This document shows, piece after piece, positions 60,263 to 64,000 of a DNA stretch of 64,000 bases. This DNA is from Sphagnum compactum (lineage: Eukaryota): assembly GCA_965153455.1 (NCBI GenBank), contig OZ234493.1, positions 23,736,213 through 23,800,212 of the forward strand. Direction: 5' to 3'. The translations under genes and the position numbers were made by a program. Under the pieces are notes generated by a model, which did no database searches, was not told the DNA's origin, and saw only the letters and a program-made list of their open reading frames with translations. Each line of letters begins with the position of its first letter. Within the stretch, counting starts at the first letter, position 1.

Positions 60263-62320
60263 AAAATTTTGTTGTGAGAACTAAATTTATTTCTTTTGAC
60301 AATCTAATTGCTAACCTAAAACTTAACCATTATCCAAATTGACCCCTTCCAAAAATACTTACACCTTAATATCTAAAAAATCCTTATGTTTGGGGAAAGG
60401 AGCATTAACCTTAACCAAAGGTTATGAAATATCAAAAAAATTCAAAACCTTACCCAAAGGTTCCCAAAAATTCATTTAGTAAAAAACAATCAACTTTGAA
60501 AGTTCCTCAAAATTCACAAAACCCCACAACATATATATATAGACCAACTTCACTTTTTGCATATTTACCAAGCTAAATATATTTCTTAACATCACCATGC
60601 CCATCAACAATGAAAATGGTCCATAAAAATCATAATTTGCATTAACATGACATGGTGTGAACTTCATAATGTCAATTGCATCAACTTCAAGCTAGCAATT
60701 TTTTGACCTTTTTGTCTCGTTTTATACCATGTTTTTTCAATTTCAATTTTGGTTATGTAAAATTTATATGTTATTTTATTGTCCTTTTATTTAAATAACT
60801 TTCTCAATATGGGTTTAAATTGGACTTTTCTTAACCTTTGGTGAAATAGGTTGTGGTTTGAAAAAACTTGAGCTTCTTGACTTTGAAGGACTTGATGTAA
60901 TTCCACCACTAATGGGAATTACTATCAAAACATGTTGAATGGGTGAGATTTGAAATGATGAAATGAATGGTGGCAAGTCAAGTATTTTGTAAAATCCATC
61001 TTCACCATGGTCTATTTCAAGTTTTGTAGAGTCCAATTGTTGTTCATGGAAACTCCCCTTTGAAAATATATGGAAACATCATTGAAGATAATGTTTTAAT
61101 TTTAAAACATTTTTTTCTATTAGAATTGTAAAAGATACCTTTGAACCCTTTGAGGATTTCCACTACCCATAACGTTACAATTAATGACCTTTCATAAAGT
61201 TTTCAAAAAAATCAATTGGTACAAGGGCATAGTGCAAACATCCTTTTTAAAAAAAGGATGGCTAATTTGAGGCTTGTGGTTAAATGAAAGTTCAAATGGG
61301 GTGATTGTGTGTAAAGAATCTGTAAATGGCATGTAATGGCTACAACTTTTCTTTAACATGAATAAGATAGTTGAATTGAATCCTCAAGTGTTCTAAACCA
61401 TTTCGGGTTAGCTTGTGGGGCACCATCTATTGGAGTTGTATTGCATTGTCAATACAAAATTGATTAAACTTTAAATTACATATGAATTCACCACCATTAT
61501 CAAAACACAATATTTTATTTTATTAGCAGTGTGGTTTTTCAATTTACTTTTGTATTTTTGAAATTTCAAAGATGTATTTGATTTCTAGATAAGAAGAATG
61601 CATTATTATATTGTGAATAATCATCAACAAACAAAAATTAAATAAAAAGTTCCACCCATTGAAGGGGTTTGCATTGGACCACACAAGTTGATATGCAGCA
61701 AACCTAAAAATCATGTCCTTCACATCACTACAACAAAATCATGTCCTTTTCATCATTTCAATTTGATTACACAATCAAATTTTTTTGATTGACATGACTA
61801 AACATGTCCATTTGACTAATTATGAAAGTAGTAATGTCCATTATGACTAAATTCAATCATTATAACATGACATAAATGATGACATGTTATTTTTGATGTT
61901 TTATGTGGCATTGCGACTAAAATGTGATGCTTTTAAAAATCTTATGTGGCATAATGTATATGACGTCTTTATTTTTTAATTAAATGTAACATGTTTACCT
62001 AATTATTTATATCCATTAAAACATCATATACATTATGCCATTCTATTTTTTTTGGTCTTACGTGGGTAGGTAAATAAGTAGGTATTAACTACTAGTTACC
62101 ACACACACTTTAGCTAGCTACCTACTTACATGGATACCTACATACCTATTTACCACCTACTACATACTTACATATTAATTTATAAGCACCACCAATTACC
62201 TATTTACATAATGAATTTGATTTTCATTGTGAATTTAAATAGGTATTTTATAACATTTGAAAATTGTTCAAATTTCAAAAATATGTTGTGTTTATATTTA
62301 TGCAATTAATTTGTTATCAC

Positions 62321-62395
62321 GTGAAGTGGTGGTTGGATGGTTAAAAGACTTGCCATATGGCCATGAAGGTGAGGATTCAAATCTCACTCTTGACA
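62321..62395 (+). other. tRNA-like relic (SINE head or tRNA pseudogene)
   Basis: A-box-like TGGTTGGATGGT, T-arm-like GTGAGGATTCAAATCTCAC, and ends GTGAAG/CTTGAC that nearly pair. No intact anticodon arm. Confidence 0.3.
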
Positions 62396-64000
62396 TCCTA
62401 TGAATGTGATTAAAATTGATCATGTTATAATTGTGAGTAGTCACATTGACATGGCACCTTTTTTGTTGTTAAACCATACATGAACATGTAAAATGTTTTG
62501 TATGTGTAAGCATTTACGAAAGTCAAGATGTATGGTCACAAAATTGATGCCTATAGCATCATGGAACTTATTGTCCCCCATATAAATTGTTTTAGTAATA
62601 CCAAGATACCATTAATATTGAAATAAATTCCATTGGAATGACATGTGTTGATTTGCCCCAAAATCAAAAAAAAAAAAAATCAAAATGAAAAGGGAATTTC
62701 ATTAACACTTTGAAGAGGTATAGTTGACCATCATTGGTTGAAATTAAATTTAATCAAGGTTTTTGGAACTTGATTAAACATGTCCTTCTTACATTTTCAA
62801 CATTTAAGTTACTTGTGTTTTTTTTCCCCAATATTGACATTATCACAGGTGGAAATCAATTTGGATTTGAATGTGACATAAAATATTGAGATTTTTGAAG
62901 TTTTGTAATCTTATTCACTTTCAAAAAATACTTTGAGTTTAGTCCCCAAACAACTTAAGTGTATTAGGAAGGATAATTACATCCATTATGGATTGGGCAC
63001 ATTCACCACTAAATTTCCCTATAAAAATATACAAATAGACACAACTTTGTTTATACTTCATTTCATAGTCCTTGATGAGCTTTTAAATTTTTTGGTTTTT
63101 GGATAATCTAAAGGATCAAATTTGCCACTCTAGCATTCATTCAAGATCTACACCCACACATTTAATACAAAGATGAGTAAGTTTGTAAAGTTGAAACATT
63201 GCACTTATGATGATACACTATAATTTGGTGTGCAACATACCACATGATTTAAATTGATACAATTAATACAACTTGATATATTAAAATACTAAAGGAAAAA
63301 AATTGAATGTCACATTTTAAACTCATAAAATATATTGCATAATGTATGTTCAAATGTTATATTTGCTCAAATGTTAATACATTACAACATTAATACATTG
63401 ACATTTTAATATTGATGACCAAAATTGAACTTTTCAACCTACATGGAAACCTTAGAAAATTTTGGAAAAGAATTTACAAATTGCATAATTTGACGAAAAA
63501 ATGGTTCATAGACTTAGTATCAAATGTTGTGAATAATGAATGGTTAATTTAAGAATTAGTACTAAATGATCAAATGTGAATGTACCACAACTATGATTTT
63601 TGTGTAATATTATTATGTTCTCATTTGATCCAAACCCACAAAATTTCATGAAAAAATTGTTTCAAAATAATATTCTTTTTCTTTTCTTGAATTGTTTTGT
63701 TTCATTTAATTTCATTACACTTTTACATTCTAGGGTACAAGATTACTAGCTTCACCATTCCTAAGGATCATTTTTTGAATTTTGAAACTAAATAAAAGGG
63801 TTAAGAAGCTAAAGAAAATATGTGCAAACAATTGCATAATACACCTAGTATAACAAAATATGTATTATAAGCTTGGTAAGTGTACCACAAGGTTTTAAAT
63901 CAAAGGTGATTCAAAATAAGTTCACACAATGAAAACAATCAAAATATATGCCACACACTAAACATCAAAAGCTTTTCCACAAGAATATAATGCATTGCAG

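Noticed and set aside
60476-61400. Transposase-like decayed ORFs on the minus strand
   Set aside because: Too degenerate to assign by eye; no diagnostic motif found.

Overview
Eukaryotic, intron-rich nuclear DNA from a land plant. The PPR motif style, AT-rich intergenic repeats and CCCTAAA telomere-type repeats suggest a moss, probably Sphagnum (inference). Spliced gene models built by hand: a CCCH zinc-finger/coiled-coil gene (+, 4324-9165), a peroxisomal hotdog-fold thioesterase ending in SKL (-, 14014-12633), an ABIL/ABI1-like gene (+, 17872-19403, possibly prematurely stopped), HLB1 (+, 29346-35561), QCR6 cytochrome bc1 hinge protein (-, 38776-36688) and a ~2415-aa acidic, likely disordered protein with ten copies of an unrecognised ~50-aa repeat (-, 51000-42023). 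Between them lie PPR pseudogene fragments, decayed transposons (CRE-like RLE non-LTR, CACTA, L1-like, Copia), a MITE, and mini/microsatellites. The most striking observation is hidden from the ORF track. Reading through the in-frame stops of the PPR pseudogene at 11096-10332 shows an organellar-targeting-like leader, then an OSB-type PDF ssDNA-binding motif fused in frame to a PLS-class PPR array. Other highlights are the repeat protein and a QCR6 with a long acidic N-terminus, an intron-split start codon and a possible duplicated last exon. All assignments are by eye; no searches were run.
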